Shown in pieces: positions 1-9,717 of a DNA stretch of 64,000 nt. This DNA comes from Paraphysomonas bandaiensis (lineage: Eukaryota; Protista; Chrysophyceae). A model generated the notes under the pieces. The model did not search any database. It was not told the origin of the DNA and saw only the letters and a list, made by a program, of their open reading frames with translations. The stretch lies in contig CBFFRP010000290.1 in the NCBI GenBank assembly GCA_965644295.1, forward strand, positions 1 through 64,000. The letters run 5' to 3'. Within the stretch, counting starts at the first letter, position 1, and every line of letters starts with the position of its first letter. The translations under genes and the position numbers were made by a program.

Positions 1-766
1 TCAGTTAATATGTTGCCATTACTTTGCAACATCTTCTCAACATAGGCCTCATGGGATACGCCCAAATAGTGGTGAGTGTGGGGGTCATGCCCATACATCT
101 CCAAGTCCTTCTGAAGCAACTGCAAATCAAATATATAACGCTGTGCGCTCATACTGTGTCCATGACCCACAGTTGTATGCCAACTGCCTTTCTGTTCTAT
201 CTCATGCACTATCCACGGAATGCGATAAGGAATATAGGTTTCACCAATGTCTAATACTTCGTGAAGATGATATCGCATTGCAAGGCCTTCCCTATGGCGC
301 AATAGCCAATCGCATCGTCGTGTCGTTATGCCGTTGCGATCATATATTAAAAACCGAAATGCGTCATGCTCCAGGGTCAAATCATCCTTGTTAATTGTTG
401 ACAAATCTGGCTTCCAATCTGGGTCAGCAATCCATACATGAGATGCCTGTGGGAAAAGCTTCCAAGCATTTCTCAACGATTTGGTTCTAGCGGGTCCGAA
501 ACCAGTAAAATTGTGATAAACAATTTCATAAGGGATGCGTCCATCCAAGACATCGGCGATAGCACTCTCCGTTCCATCCGTTGTCCTTTCATCTATCATG
601 AACACGAAGTAGTCAATCACTTCAGCCCAAAGAGGAGATTGCTTTTGATGTTGACAGCTTCATCTCTTGCAATGAATGTCATCACGATAGAATTTTTCGG
701 TCTTAATCCACTGACAGAAGACAGCAGAAATAATACACATGCCACCTGAAGGCCAAATGCAATCAT
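1..766 (-). CDS. GT2-like glycosyltransferase with N-terminal signal peptide; runs off the window edge; 1-nt frameshift near 634
   Basis: Manual minus-strand translation: MIAFGLQVACVLFLLSSVSG-LRPKNSIVMTFIARDEAVNIKSNL, then after a frameshift LWAEVIDYFVFMIDERTTDGT...HNFTGFGPARTKSLRNAW...HVWIADPD...RYHLHEVL...LLQKDLEMYGHDPHTHHYLG. This matches the GT2 (+TPR-like) pattern. It is absent from the ORF track because there is no stop inside the window. Confidence 0.75.
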
Positions 767-1116
767 CCTGGAATATATGCGTCAATGATCCAGGGGCTAC
801 ACTCTCATGACTGGGGGTCTATTTGTTGTGGAGTTTAAGTACAGGCCTGTGGATACTGCTGTACACAGTACCTTCTCATTACTCTATACGGTGTATTACA
901 TCGTAGTACTCTGCTGCTGTGTACTGGTGCAGTGTGAAGTCAGTATATCTCTGCTACTGTCTGTATACGTACAATACTCAGTTGCTACCGCTGTGTACGT
1001 AGTCTGGTATGCATCCCTCTGCTGTGGAGACTCTCTATGCACAGCACAGTGTTCTCACTGCACTGGCTTATATTCGATACTGTGCCTATCTCAACATCTA
1101 AGTTACCACCACCATC

Positions 1117-3630
1117 ATGTCAGCATTTGGAGTCGATGCACCCGTCTATCTGAAAGTGGATGATTTGGTTGAAAGCCCGCGTATAGTAGAAGCGGTGTCC
1201 AGTCGTGCTCTTGTGGCTTTCACTATCAAGACCTACTCCATAACCTCCCAAACTGGAGTCACCAATTTGCATATCCATGACGCAATTACTCTTGGAACGA
1301 AACAGATGACACGACTACAGACTGGAGGTGTATCGAACCCTGCGTTTGCTCTCAACATGACGTATGGAGACGACGCTATTTTATTCCTTAAATCGACAGA
1401 CGGGCAAATATGGTCACTTCCTCTCGATGGAGGTAGAATAATTCTATTTTCATACAAATTTATGGTGATATGTGATTGTTTCAGGCGAAGCTTCTCAGGT
1501 ATCACATTTCCCTGTGGAAGTGGAATCGTTTAAGCTGTATCGAAATACTGATAAGATGTGGCTAGTGTGTAGCCTAAGTGTGTATCCTAATCATACTGTA
1601 AAAGAAACTGCTGATATGGACGCTTCGAAAGGCTCTGGGAAGGGAAGTAGTGGAATGGTATTTGATGGCTTAATGGTACGACACTGGGACACATGGGATT
1701 GCTACAAGAAGAGACAGCATGTGTTCGTTTGCCCATTGGATGTATCACCGACCGGAACCCTGCTTGCTAAAACGGAGAATTTATTCGATTTGATGTTTGG
1801 CCTTGAGACTGATTGTCCGTCGCGTCCTTTTGGGGGATTAGAAGAATACAATGTATCTGCCGACGGATCCAGCGCTGTTTTCGCATGTCGACGAACTGAC
1901 ACAACCGGAGTGCAAGGCAGAGACATGGCTTGGAGTACTGAAGTGAGCATATTTTCTTGCCAGCTTCCTGACGACTCTCATTTTTCGTCATCAGAGGGTG
2001 TACGTCAAGAGCCTGGGCGGCTTACCCTAGTTAGCGACGAGAACAACCTCGGTACCCATAGCAGCCCATGTTGGTCTCCCGATGGTGAAAAGGTGGCCTT
2101 TCTTGCCATGAATACTGCTCAGTATGAATCCGACATGATGAGAATAGTAATCTGGGATAGAGCATCAGGACGTCTTTCTGACTTGACTGTTGGGGTGGAT
2201 TTGTCTTTTTCATCTATTTCTTGGGACAATATTGTTAATTCGGATGAGTCAGGTGAGAAGCAGTATTGGTTGCTCTGTACGGCCCAGTTCCGTGGAAGCA
2301 ACAGAATTTATCGCATAGGCGTTACCGAGATGAAGAGTAACCCTGGAGCTGTGGCATTGCATTGGATGGGTGTCATTGGCGGTGACGAGAGCAGATGTAG
2401 CCCCATGATAGTGCAAACGCACGGGGCATATAAGGCCCGTTATCTATACTTCCTGGAGAGCACACTCTCCTCTCCAAACATGATGAAAATGGCAACCATA
2501 GACGACCTGTTTGAAGTAATTCCTAGTCCTTCTGAGATTCACTCTGGTTTACAATCGGGCGAGGCTGCGTTGGTTACTAACTCAATGAGGGCAATTCGTG
2601 AAATATACTGCCCATGCCCGGAGTATTTCAATGGTGACTTAACATTGCCTCGTGTAGAGCAATATTACTTCCCTGCTGTCAATGAAGACGGAAGTCAGTC
2701 TGCAACTGATCTAGTGCATATGTGGTACCTCCCCCTGTTAATCTTCAATCAGATGAAGAAGAAGGAACCGCCGCCCCAGGCTCATACCCCCTGGTGCTCA
2801 TCATTCACGGAGGGCCACAGAGTGCTATTCTAAACAGCTGGCACTATCGCTGGAATTTAAGCTTCTTTGCCTCCAGAGGTCCGTCAGTGTATATTACCAC
2901 ATGGAGTGTGCAGTATTAGCTAACATATCTTTCTAGGTTATGGGGTGTGCGCCGTGAATTTTCACGGTAGCACTGGGTTTGGGAAAGCTTATGTCGACAG
3001 CATCAGAGGGGATTGGGGAGGGCAACCTTTCCGCGATTGTATTGCTGGGGTAAGTGAGTTAATGGTATATGTTTCGCTGTTTTACCCGTGTTGCAACCAT
3101 AGGTAGATTTTATTTTGAAACAAAAGCCTTACCTCGATAGGTTGAGAGTGGGAGCACTAGGGGCGAGTTATGGTGGGTACATGATTAACTGGATCAACGG
3201 GCACTCGGACATGTTTAAGTGTCTTGTAAATCATGACGGTATATTTGATTTGCGAAGCTTATATTACTCTACGGAGGAGTTATGGTTCCCAGGTATGATG
3301 AATGCTAAAAGGCTGTAAAGCCCTCTGAGTGTTCGCTGTGTTGTAGAATGGGAATTTGGCCTGCCCTGGGAGAATGCGGCGGTATATGAGAAATGGAGTC
3401 CGTCAACATATCTCAAAAATTGGAATACGCCCACTCTGGTGATTCAAGGTGGAAAAGATTATCGTGTGGTGGAAACTGAAGGGTTGTCTACTTTTACGGC
3501 TTTGCAGAGGCGGAATATTCCTTCACAAATGTTATTTTTTCCAGATGAAAACCATTGGTGTTTGAAACCAATGAATTCCATAGAATGGCATAAAACTATA
3601 GTGGCGTGGCTGGAAAAGTGGTTGAATTAA
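1117..3630 (+). CDS. S9 family serine peptidase (dipeptidyl-peptidase 5-like), multi-exon, with a 1-nt frameshift in the C-run near 2731
   Basis: Motifs RHWDTW, LIIHGGPQ, VNFHGSTGFG, nucleophile GASYGG, DYRV and DENHW lie across exons separated by GT-AG introns (e.g. about 1432-1484). Confidence 0.9.
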
Positions 3631-3708
3631 GTGCATGAATGGTAGTTGCACGTAGAACTATGGGATAACATGTCTACCTACAATTGTAATGATCAACTAA
3701 TTACATAG

Positions 3709-4001
3709 TATTAGAATATGGACTGTATCCTAGTATATTCAATGTGGTACTTGAAGACAATGTACGAGAATACAGTGAAGTATGGTGATGTGTAGATGCT
3801 GTTATGATATTGAGAAAACTGAAATAGTTTGCTCTTTCAAGATATGTTTAGTAGCGAAAGGTCTACAGAAGTAGTGATTTATGCATGGCACAAAACGAGC
3901 TTGTGTTGTTTAACACAATTCGTGTAAACGATATTAATAAATCTATCTAGTCTAACAACTTAATCTCTCTTTGATCTAAGTAAAATGAGCATTTCCCAAC
4001 A
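3709..4001 (+). repeat. 5' LTR (TATTAG...CCAACA)
   Basis: Identical by eye to 8872-9164; followed directly by the PBS. Confidence 0.95.
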
Positions 4002-7000
4002 TGGTAGCGAGCGAGGAGGAGAGAAGGAGGATAGAGGAGTAGTTCCTCAGTTCAACGAGACTAACGTTGAACAATGGATTGAGGACTTCGAGACATTCCT
4101 TATGAGGAAGGAACAAAGCGAGGTAGCGGTGGAACTGCCACCTAAGGAGAGCGACTTCGGGGAGCAGCCACTTACGTTGATGGAGGAGAAGGCGTACAGA
4201 CAGGCTGTGAAGAGGTATTGGAAGGCGAACGCCATAGCTTATTCTTACTGCAGGGATGCGGTGCAGCATTCCCCGAAAGCGCTGCGTAAATTCCATCTTA
4301 CCCACAAAGCGTTCAAGGCAGAAGGGAGTGGTGTAAACAGGTTCAAAACACATGTAATGATTGATGAGTTGAAGAAGTGTTTTGCTGGAGGGAAGCAAAA
4401 TAGGATCAGTGACCTCTTAACTCAATATGGTTCTTTCCGTATGCGTCCGGAGGAGACGGCGAAGGACTACGTACTACGGTTCGAACTACTGCTGAAGGAA
4501 CTACAGGAGCAGCAGCAGGATATCTCGGAGGTATCAAAAACAAGTCGACTACGAGAAGGCTTGCTCAATGAAGAGTATGCTCAACTGAGAGTTGGATTAT
4601 ACTTGATGGATGATGATGTTAATTATGTAACTGTATCACGTAAGATAGAAGGCTATGATGATACTATGGCTGGGAAGGAAGCGTTGGAGAAGAAGCGTAA
4701 AAGAGTGGAGGAGCTGAACCTGATAGACAGTAAGAAACGATATCGCAGAGAGAGGGATCATCGTAAGAAGAACAACGGTAAGAAGAAGCCGATGAAGAAG
4801 GATACAGAGATTACAGGGCAGCGACCTGGAAGTGCCGAATATACTGGGTGCAGAAATTGTAAGTCAAAGGAACATCTTGCCATCGATTGTCCAGCATCGA
4901 AAAAGAAGTACTCGCAAAGCAAGAGCAAGGCTGTGAGGTTTCAAGATGGAAGGAAACCAGACAAAAGACTACTTACAGTTGAAAACATCAGGCGTGGAGA
5001 GCCAGCGGATTTGTCTGACGAAGACGAAGCAAATATGATCGAGCAACAGGAAGAGTATCACTTGTCATGTAATGTGTATGAGACGAATATATGCAGTAGT
5101 GTGCATGAGGATATTCACTATACATACATTGATACCTGTTGTTCGTCATCAATGTTTTTGATAAATGATGTGAATATACTTGATAGTCATATGCACACAT
5201 CAAAGGTTATTAATGGTTCGAAAAAAGGGTCAGAGATATGCGTCACGAGTGTAGGTTCCCGTGGAGCATGGAAGAACATTGAGGTATCAAGTCAGATAAA
5301 TCGGTGTCTTTGTTCTGGACGGAAGTTGAACGATATGGGATATCGATTTACTGTATGGTATGGTATACAGATATATGACAGAAATACGGATGAGCTGGTG
5401 TTGGAGGGACCTATGAAGAATGGAATGACTGCTGTGCCAACACAGCAGTTATTGGAGCTTCCAGACGTATCGACATCCAGTGATTCAGAAGTAAATCTCA
5501 GTGACCGTACGGGTGAGGATGAACTGGAGCTGTTACATAGGAGAGCGGGTCATTTTAACAAGCATGCGTTGGTAGAAGCCCACAAAAGAATGCTAATTAT
5601 TGGGACTGGACTGAAACGAAAACATCTCTCGAAACGTGTTTCCAAAGAACAGTGTCTATGTGATGTATGCGCCAGGGCGAAGATCACCAGAGTAAGTTTT
5701 CGGACAAAGGATGAGGACTCCGTTCGTCCAAATTTCTCGGCCGATATAGCAGTATACTTAAATTGTCCAGCTCGAGGAGGGGAAATATATGTGCTCAAAC
5801 TAACACACCATGCCAGTCGGATGTTCTGGTCGGAAGGGCTTGTTCATAGGACTGGGTCATCGGTACTGCAGGTTTTCAAGAAGATTTTTGAAGGAGATGT
5901 GAAAAGGTACAAATTAGAAATGCATCATTACCATGCAGATGGAGCAGGGGAGCTAATATGTGATGAGCTGCGACAATATCTTAGGTCACAGGGTTGCTAT
6001 CAACATACGTGGAGCTCTACGGACTCTCCTGAGATGAACGCGATTGAGGAGCGGAAATTCAGGACCTGTGGTGAGATGACATTAGCGATGCTGATTCAGT
6101 CAGGATTGCCTTCACAGTTTTGGCTAGATGCCTACATGGCAGCCAGGTACATATTAATTCGATTGCCTACAAAGACAGCGAAGGGGTATATGTCCCCTCT
6201 TGAATTTTTGACTGGTGAGGCTCCCAACCTGAAATATCTCAGAGTATGGGGGTGTCGTGCGTATGTCCTCACTACAAAGGCGGATCGACGGAAAGACTGG
6301 GACGACAAGGCCCTTATCGGATATCTGATAGGATATTCAGATGAAAAGGTAGGATATGATGTATATCTACCTGCGACTGATAGGGTCGTCACGTCGGTAC
6401 ATGTATTAACTGATGAGTCCATACCGTCACGCTCGGAGAGCTATTTCGCTGAGATAGATGCTCTTCGAGTGAAGGAGGCCGAGAGACCGAAAATTGTGTC
6501 TGACTATGCGGGCTTAGAAGGTACATATCATATTGATGATGAGGATGGTCTTCTCTACAAGACCACGAGAGTAGTAGAACGAAAGGGGGTAATAGTAGCC
6601 TATCGATCTCTGGTAACTGCAGGTCGGAAGCATATCGAGCACCGGGTGCCGATTCACGTCGAGGACGTAGTGCGAATGACTGCAGAAACTCCCGGGAATA
6701 CCGGATATATAGGAAAGGGGGACGCCCTGAGTACTATGCCAGCCAGGGTGCTGGACCAGGGAAGACCTGGAGGGTTACAGGAGAGTCCTGACCCAACCTG
6801 TCAGGAGACAGCTGTGAGGTTGCAGACCTCTGAAGACTATGAGTCTGGGGTTGTGAGCGGGGCTCCTCCCACAACGCACGATGTGCGTGCTCAGGATGAG
6901 CAAGGTACGGGTTCTTATATACCTCGTCGACCGATTGAACTAGATGGTGATGGTCGGGTCCGACGCAAACGGCTGCAGCGGAGACTGGCAAACGCGTCAG

Positions 7001-8697
7001 TTTTAGGAGAGATTAATATGGTTGAAGTACCGGATGCGCATAATATTGATCTTAACCATGCAGAGACAGAAGATATCAAGATACCAAATTCATATGCCGA
7101 GGCAGAGAGATCTCCACAGTATCAACAATGGAGAAAAGCTCGAATGGTGGAGAAGACATCATTGCTGAAAAGACGTGTCTTGAAGATCGTGAAAATTCCA
7201 AGCGGAGTGAAATTAGTTAGAGCGAAATATGTGCATACGGTGAAGCGAGACATACTAGGGAATATAGTAAAGTACAAGGCTCGGCTAGTGGCATTAGGAA
7301 ATCTCCAAGAGAAGAAGGAGGAGGAGCCGTCCACTTTCGCTCCAGTGGTTAAGGGTATAACCATTAGACTAGTGTTAGCGATTGCGTTTATGTTACAGAT
7401 GCATGTGCATCAATTAGATGTATCATCCGCATTTTGCTATGCAGATCTGGAGGATGACGTGTATATGGCACCTCCACCAGATGAGGAATTACTAGCTGGA
7501 TGGTGTTTTCAACTAATCAAGGCATTGTATGGACTGCGATCTTCACCGCGACAGTGGAATAAACATATTGACAAGTTTATTAAATCATTGCATTTTACTC
7601 CGTGTATTTTGGATACGTGTTTGTATATGCGATGGAGTAACGGAAAACTGCATTTATTATTGATATATGTTGATGATATCATAATTGCATCCGCTGATCT
7701 GACTTACTTGGAAAGCGTAAAGCGTAGGTTCTGTGAAACATTCGAGATGCATGATCTGGGAGTGTGTAAGCGATTTCTGAACATCAGGATAACCAGAGGA
7801 GAAAATTGGTATATGTTAGATCAATCTGAGTATGCTAAGAATATTATCAAGAAATTCAGCTCAGTTATGGGAAAGAGTAGTAAGAATAAGGAGGCCCCAC
7901 TACCTACTAATGTTCAGGATCTGTTGGCAGAGGAACGTGAACTTACGGAGGAGCAGAAGCAGTGGGTTGACTCATTTCCGTATCGGCAAATTATTGGAGC
8001 AGTGTTGTATCTAGCAATGCATACTAGACCTGATCTGGCTTATGCAGTGGGGTTATTGTCTCGATTTAGTAGTTGTCCGACATATGCATCGTGCAAACTG
8101 GCGATTCACTTATTGAAATATTTGCGTGGAACAATTGATGAGGGCATCAGATTCAGTGGGAGTGAGTTCGACTTACATGTGTTCAGTGATTCAGATTGGG
8201 CTGGTGATAGACTGACTCGGCGATCGACAACAGGATACATTGTGTTCTTATGTGCAGGCGCATTGGCCTGGCAGTCTAAACTACAGACCACAGTTGCAAC
8301 TTCGAGCATGGAATCTGAATATATGGCGGAGTATGCGGCTATGCAAGAACTGGTGTGGCTTCGGGGGGTGTTCAAGGAGCTCGGGCTCTTAGTTGCGAAG
8401 CCGACTCCATTCTTTATGGATAGCAAGAGTGCGAAAGATCTCTCCGAGAATCCTGTGTATCATAAGAGGTCGAAGCATATAGACATCAAGTATCACTGGG
8501 TGAGAGAGCATGTAAATGGAAAATTTCCTACGGCAAAGTTGATTCATGTGTCGACGGATGATATGGCGGCTGATATTTTCACGAAGGCATTGTCAACGAA
8601 ACTTTTCAGTCGTCATGAGAAAACTATTACCGGGGTTAAGAGAAGTGTGTCAACCAGAGTTGAGGAGCAGCAGAAGAAGCGACCCCGAAGAGGTTAA
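3985..8697 (+). CDS. Copia Gag-Pol polyprotein (Gag CCHC, protease, integrase, RT, RNase H)
   Basis: CRNCKSKEHLAIDC knuckle, YIDTCCS protease-like site, LHRRAGH...CDVC, integrase HADGAGE/NAIEER, RT YKARLVA/LYGLRSSP/YVDD, RNase H SDSDWAGD...KHIDIKYH. The order IN-RT-RH identifies Copia. Confidence 0.97.
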   Translation: MSISQHGSERGGEKEDRGVVPQFNETNVEQWIEDFETFLMRKEQSEVAVELPPKESDFGEQPLTLMEEKAYRQAVKRYWKANAIAYSYCRDAVQHSPKALRKFHLTHKAFKAEGSGVNRFKTHVMIDELKKCFAGGKQNRISDLLTQYGSFRMRPEETAKDYVLRFELLLKELQEQQQDISEVSKTSRLREGLLNEEYAQLRVGLYLMDDDVNYVTVSRKIEGYDDTMAGKEALEKKRKRVEELNLIDSKKRYRRERDHRKKNNGKKKPMKKDTEITGQRPGSAEYTGCRNCKSKEHLAIDCPASKKKYSQSKSKAVRFQDGRKPDKRLLTVENIRRGEPADLSDEDEANMIEQQEEYHLSCNVYETNICSSVHEDIHYTYIDTCCSSSMFLINDVNILDSHMHTSKVINGSKKGSEICVTSVGSRGAWKNIEVSSQINRCLCSGRKLNDMGYRFTVWYGIQIYDRNTDELVLEGPMKNGMTAVPTQQLLELPDVSTSSDSEVNLSDRTGEDELELLHRRAGHFNKHALVEAHKRMLIIGTGLKRKHLSKRVSKEQCLCDVCARAKITRVSFRTKDEDSVRPNFSADIAVYLNCPARGGEIYVLKLTHHASRMFWSEGLVHRTGSSVLQVFKKIFEGDVKRYKLEMHHYHADGAGELICDELRQYLRSQGCYQHTWSSTDSPEMNAIEERKFRTCGEMTLAMLIQSGLPSQFWLDAYMAARYILIRLPTKTAKGYMSPLEFLTGEAPNLKYLRVWGCRAYVLTTKADRRKDWDDKALIGYLIGYSDEKVGYDVYLPATDRVVTSVHVLTDESIPSRSESYFAEIDALRVKEAERPKIVSDYAGLEGTYHIDDEDGLLYKTTRVVERKGVIVAYRSLVTAGRKHIEHRVPIHVEDVVRMTAETPGNTGYIGKGDALSTMPARVLDQGRPGGLQESPDPTCQETAVRLQTSEDYESGVVSGAPPTTHDVRAQDEQGTGSYIPRRPIELDGDGRVRRKRLQRRLANASVLGEINMVEVPDAHNIDLNHAETEDIKIPNSYAEAERSPQYQQWRKARMVEKTSLLKRRVLKIVKIPSGVKLVRAKYVHTVKRDILGNIVKYKARLVALGNLQEKKEEEPSTFAPVVKGITIRLVLAIAFMLQMHVHQLDVSSAFCYADLEDDVYMAPPPDEELLAGWCFQLIKALYGLRSSPRQWNKHIDKFIKSLHFTPCILDTCLYMRWSNGKLHLLLIYVDDIIIASADLTYLESVKRRFCETFEMHDLGVCKRFLNIRITRGENWYMLDQSEYAKNIIKKFSSVMGKSSKNKEAPLPTNVQDLLAEERELTEEQKQWVDSFPYRQIIGAVLYLAMHTRPDLAYAVGLLSRFSSCPTYASCKLAIHLLKYLRGTIDEGIRFSGSEFDLHVFSDSDWAGDRLTRRSTTGYIVFLCAGALAWQSKLQTTVATSSMESEYMAEYAAMQELVWLRGVFKELGLLVAKPTPFFMDSKSAKDLSENPVYHKRSKHIDIKYHWVREHVNGKFPTAKLIHVSTDDMAADIFTKALSTKLFSRHEKTITGVKRSVSTRVEEQQKKRPRRG

Positions 8698-8871
8698 AGG
8701 TGTGTTTTAGTGGGTGAGAATCCCACATAACTATATATCTAGTTGACTGCTAGTTATATATGTATCTTGATAAGATTTCACATCTATTTTACCTATGAGA
8801 CTAGTTTATAGCATGAAGATCACTGTACTCATTGTTGTTTTCGTATCACTGCATTCTACATTGAGTGGGAG

Positions 8872-9164
8872 TATTAGAATATGGACTGTATCCTAGTATA
8901 TTCAATGTGGTACTTGAAGACAATGTACGAGAATACAGTGAAGTATGGTGATGTGTAGATGCTGTTATGATATTGAGAAAACTGAAATAGTTTGCTCTTT
9001 CAAGATATGTTTAGTAGCGAAAGGTCTACAGAAGTAGTGATTTATGCATGGCACAAAACGAGCTTGTGTTGTTTAACACAATTCGTGTAAACGATATTAA
9101 TAAATCTATCTAGTCTAACAACTTAATCTCTCTTTGATCTAAGTAAAATGAGCATTTCCCAACA
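8872..9164 (+). repeat. 3' LTR
   Basis: Preceded by the PPT and followed by the TSD CATAG. Confidence 0.95.
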
Positions 9165-9717
9165 CATAGCAAATGAAAACCATTCTTCGGGGTTGGAAGT
9201 TTGGCTATGCACTACTTCTATTGGAGGGTACTGGGTCAATACTACGGCGGTACTTTGTGCATACTTCAGCTATAGCTCTTCAATGCATACTTTCTTGAAA
9301 TTGATGTGCGCCGCACTTTGTGAAATACATTTGCCTATCTTGTTTAGTTTCTTGGGTTTTATGTTTTATTATTTCCTCAAGCACATATTACTACTTTACT
9401 ACTATATATTTTCGTGCGTTTTATCTTAGGAAAGCACTAACAGACTAACAGTTACACATTACAGATTACAGTTCGTGTTTGAAACAAACATATTGAGAAA
9501 TCAATACATACACATGCATGCGTTTGCTGCAAATTAACGACAAATCTTGATATATGCTAAATTTCACCTAATCTTATAGTTCATTACAGTACACCATCTA
9601 GTTCTCATTATTGCTTGCGCATGTAACAGAAAAGCAATAACTGTACCCCAATGAATGAACTGATTATTACTCAACAGACCAATAGTACTCCAGCTACACA
9701 CTCTACTACTCTAGTCT

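Larger units (their letters stand above)
3709..9164 (+). mobile_element. Intact Ty1/Copia LTR retrotransposon
   Basis: 293-bp LTRs at 3709-4001 and 8872-9164; 5-bp TSD CATAG at 3704-3708 and 9165-9169; PBS TGGTAGCGAGCG at 4002; polypurine tract GAGTGGGAG at 8863-8871; a single gag-pol ORF. Confidence 0.97.

Noticed and set aside
9148-9429. 93-aa ORF beginning MSISQH like the Copia Gag
   Set aside because: It is only the gag ATG repeated in the 3' LTR, reading into flanking DNA.
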